Origin: a bacterium | GTDB taxonomy: Bacteria; Eisenbacteria; RBG-16-71-46 | Length of the DNA: 17,963 nucleotides | Direction of reading: 5' to 3' | Assembly: GCA_043779265.1 (NCBI GenBank) | Contig: JAYWEM010000145.1 | Coordinates: 1-17,963, forward strand | Part shown: piece after piece, positions 15,803 to 17,963 of the stretch | Layout: every line of letters starts with the position of its first letter | Position numbering within the stretch: position 1 is the first letter of the stretch | The notes under the pieces: generated by a model | What the model was told of the DNA's origin: nothing | What the model saw: the letters and a program-made list of their open reading frames with translations, nothing else | Database searches by the model: none | Made by a program: the position numbers and the translations under genes

Positions 15803-17056
15803 ATGCGAGTGAGGTTGTGGATCGCTGCGGTGCTGGCATGCCTGCTGATGCCCGGCATGGGCGAAGCGCGGCCGGCCTCGCTGGCGATCGACGCCCCCGC
15901 TGACGGTTCCGCGCCCTCGCTGGCGATCGTCGCAACGCTTGTCGCGCCTCCGGTCGCGAAGGCCCCCGACACCGAGAGCCTGATCGACTACCTCTGGGTG
16001 GTCCGCACGTCCCTCGTCGAGCCGGAGGATGTCCCGCGCATCGTCGAGCGTGCCCGCGAGATGGGCGCGAGGGGACTACTGGTCCAGGTGGTGGGGAGGG
16101 GTGACGCCTGGTATCGCTCGGACCTGCTGCCGCCGCCCGAGGCGATCGCCGACAAGACGCGCGACCCGCTCGGTGAGTTGTTGCCGCTCGCCCATGCGGC
16201 CGGGCTCGAGGTGCACGCTTGGATGAACGCCTGCCTCGTCTGGTCGGCGGATCATCGGCCTCGCGATCCGCGGCATGTCGTCAACATGCACCCGGAGTGG
16301 ATCGCTCGGATGTCGGACGGACGATCGATGTTGTCGCTCAGCCGACCGGCGCGCGAGCGTCTCCAGGTCGAGGGGGTCTTCCTGTCCCCCGCTCATCCGG
16401 GGGTCCGCACCCACCTCGCGCGTGTAGCGCAGGAGATCGCGTCGCGCTACCCGATCGATGGGCTCCATCTCGACTACATCCGGCAACCCAGCATCGCGGT
16501 GGGGTTCGATGCCACGTCGAGGTCACGTTTCGCCCTCGAACATGGCGCGGATCCGAGCATGTTCTCGCGGCTGCCGGCGTCGGAGCGCGCAGCCAAGGAA
16601 CAGGCCTGGGAGCGCTTCCAGCGTGAGCAGGTGACGGCCATCGTGCGTGAAGTGCGGGATTCCGTCGCTCGCGTGCGACCCGGATTGTCGCTCAGCGCAG
16701 CCGTGCTCGCGGACACGCTCTCCGCTCAGCGCCGGAACCGCCAATCTTGGAGCGAGTGGCTCCGAAGCGGTCTGCTCGACCGTGCATTCCCAATGTGTTA
16801 CGCCCCTCCTGTACAGACCGTCTTGGACCAGTTGGTCGCCATGTCCGCTCAGTTCGGGGTGGACCGGGTGGTCCCCGGGATCGCGGTCTACAACGCGTCG
16901 GCCGCTGCAGCGGCTGCCAAGATCAAGGGCGCGCGTGCGCTGGGTTACCCCGCCGTCGCGCTCTATTCCTACGACTCCCTTTTCGAAAGAGCGGACCTCT
17001 GGGCGCGCTTGCGAGAGCTTCTCGCGCCTAGGTCCTCGCTGGAGGTTTCACCTTGA
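15803..17056 (+). CDS. Glycoside hydrolase-like protein, DUF187/GHL10 family (YddW/DigH-like), probably exported
   Basis: 417 aa; N-terminal signal-like segment [22 protein letters not shown]; family-type motifs [41 protein letters not shown]...GLLD...PMCY; GGAGGG at 15789-15794. Confidence 0.85.
   Translation: MRVRLWIAAVLACLLMPGMGEARPASLAIDAPADGSAPSLAIVATLVAPPVAKAPDTESLIDYLWVVRTSLVEPEDVPRIVERAREMGARGLLVQVVGRGDAWYRSDLLPPPEAIADKTRDPLGELLPLAHAAGLEVHAWMNACLVWSADHRPRDPRHVVNMHPEWIARMSDGRSMLSLSRPARERLQVEGVFLSPAHPGVRTHLARVAQEIASRYPIDGLHLDYIRQPSIAVGFDATSRSRFALEHGADPSMFSRLPASERAAKEQAWERFQREQVTAIVREVRDSVARVRPGLSLSAAVLADTLSAQRRNRQSWSEWLRSGLLDRAFPMCYAPPVQTVLDQLVAMSAQFGVDRVVPGIAVYNASAAAAAAKIKGARALGYPAVALYSYDSLFERADLWARLRELLAPRSSLEVSP
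15876..15933 (+). repeat. 19-nt near-perfect direct repeat, 39-nt period, inside the hydrolase N-terminal linker
   Basis: CCTCGCTGGCGATCGACGC (15876-15894) and CCTCGCTGGCGATCGTCGC (15915-15933), 18/19 identical; encode SLAIDA and SLAIVA. Confidence 0.75.
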
Positions 17057-17963
17057 CCCCGCCTGCAAGCCCCAAGTCGCTCGCCACTGCGACACGCGAC
17101 GAGCTTCGCAACATCGCCATCATCGCCCATGTCGATCATGGCAAAACGACGCTCGTCGATGCGCTCCTCTGGCAGAGCGGTGTCTTCCGCGAGAACCAGG
17201 AAGTCGTGGAGCGCGTCATGGACTCGAACGACCTCGAGCGTGAGCGTGGCATCACGATTCTTGCGAAGAACACGTCGGTGCGAGTCGGTGATCGCAAGGT
17301 CAACATCGTCGACACGCCGGGCCACGCGGACTTCGGCGGCGAGGTCGAGCGCACGCTCAAGATGGTCGACGGCGTCCTGCTACTGGTCGACGCCAGCGAG
17401 GGCCCGCTGCCGCAGACTCGGTTCGTCCTCAAGAAGGCGTTGGAACTGGACCTGGTCCCGATCGTCGTCGTGAACAAGATCGATCGTAAGGACGCGCGCA
17501 CCAAGGAAGTGCTCGACGAGGTGTACGAGTTGTTCATCGATCTCGATGCCACCTCGAAGCAGCTCGACTTCCCGGTGCTCTACACGATCGCTCGCGAAGG
17601 CGTGTGCCGGCTGACGCCCGACGGTGAGAACTTCAAGCTCAAGCCGCTGTTCGACGCGATCGTCAAGACCATCCCGGCCCCGCGCTACGACGAGGCGATG
17701 CCGCTGCAAATGCTGATCCTGAACATGGATTACTCCGACTACGTGGGCCGGCTCGCGATCGGGCGAATCGTCAATGGTTCGCTGAAGCCCCGCCAGGACG
17801 TGATGCTCGTGCGCCGCGACGGCAGCCAGGTGAGGTCCCGGGTCACGAATCTCTACGTGTTCGAAGGCCTCGAACGCACCGAGGTCCAGGAGGCCGGACC
17901 AGGGGAGATCGTGGCGCTGGCGGGCTTCGAGGAAGTGCACATCGGCGAAACCGTGACGGATCC
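17053..17963 (+). CDS. typA: Translational GTPase TypA/BipA (3' truncated by window edge)
   Basis: Translated by hand from TTG 17053 (GGAGG at 17041-17045): [39 protein letters not shown]...[21 protein letters not shown]...[14 protein letters not shown]...[10 protein letters not shown]...NKIDR. Frame stays open to the window end. Confidence 0.97.
   Translation, partial: MTPPASPKSLATATRDELRNIAIIAHVDHGKTTLVDALLWQSGVFRENQEVVERVMDSNDLERERGITILAKNTSVRVGDRKVNIVDTPGHADFGGEVERTLKMVDGVLLLVDASEGPLPQTRFVLKKALELDLVPIVVVNKIDRKDARTKEVLDEVYELFIDLDATSKQLDFPVLYTIAREGVCRLTPDGENFKLKPLFDAIVKTIPAPRYDEAMPLQMLILNMDYSDYVGRLAIGRIVNGSLKPRQDVMLVRRDGSQVRSRVTNLYVFEGLERTEVQEAGPGEIVALAGFEEVHIGETVTD

Noticed and set aside
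15803..15870. Lipoprotein signal (VLAC) in the hydrolase
   Set aside because: Cys is at position 13 in the middle of the hydrophobic stretch and fits the lipobox poorly. A signal peptidase I site near GEA-R looks more plausible. SignalP would be needed to decide.
1..17963. Mobile elements, CRISPR arrays, introns, inteins, pseudogenes, sigma-70 promoters and a firm taxonomic call
   Set aside because: All genes are intact in canonical order with no unexplained insertions. I identified no convincing -35/-10 pair by eye, and taxonomy needs a phylogenetic search that I cannot run.

Overview
High-GC bacterial core-genome window, with every supported gene on the + strand. It holds the 3' end of tuf followed by an uninterrupted S10-spc-alpha ribosomal protein cluster: rpsJ rplC rplD rplW rplB rpsS rplV rpsC rplP rpmC rpsQ rplN rplX rplE rpsN rpsH rplF rplR rpsE rpmD rplO secY adk map infA rpmJ rpsM rpsK rpsD rpoA rplQ. 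After this come an intrinsic terminator, a probably exported DUF187/GHL10-type glycoside hydrolase and the 5' part of typA/bipA (not in the ORF track because it runs off the end). I found no mobile element, CRISPR array, rRNA or tRNA, and no evidence of a new multi-gene system. The most interesting signals are non-coding: a candidate pseudoknot or switch overlapping the rplE Shine-Dalgarno at the rplX-rplE junction, and two spacers filled with three hairpins (before rpsH and before rpmJ). L5 and L17 carry long extensions and Adk is the short-LID form. All base pairings were worked out by eye; no folding or database searches were run.
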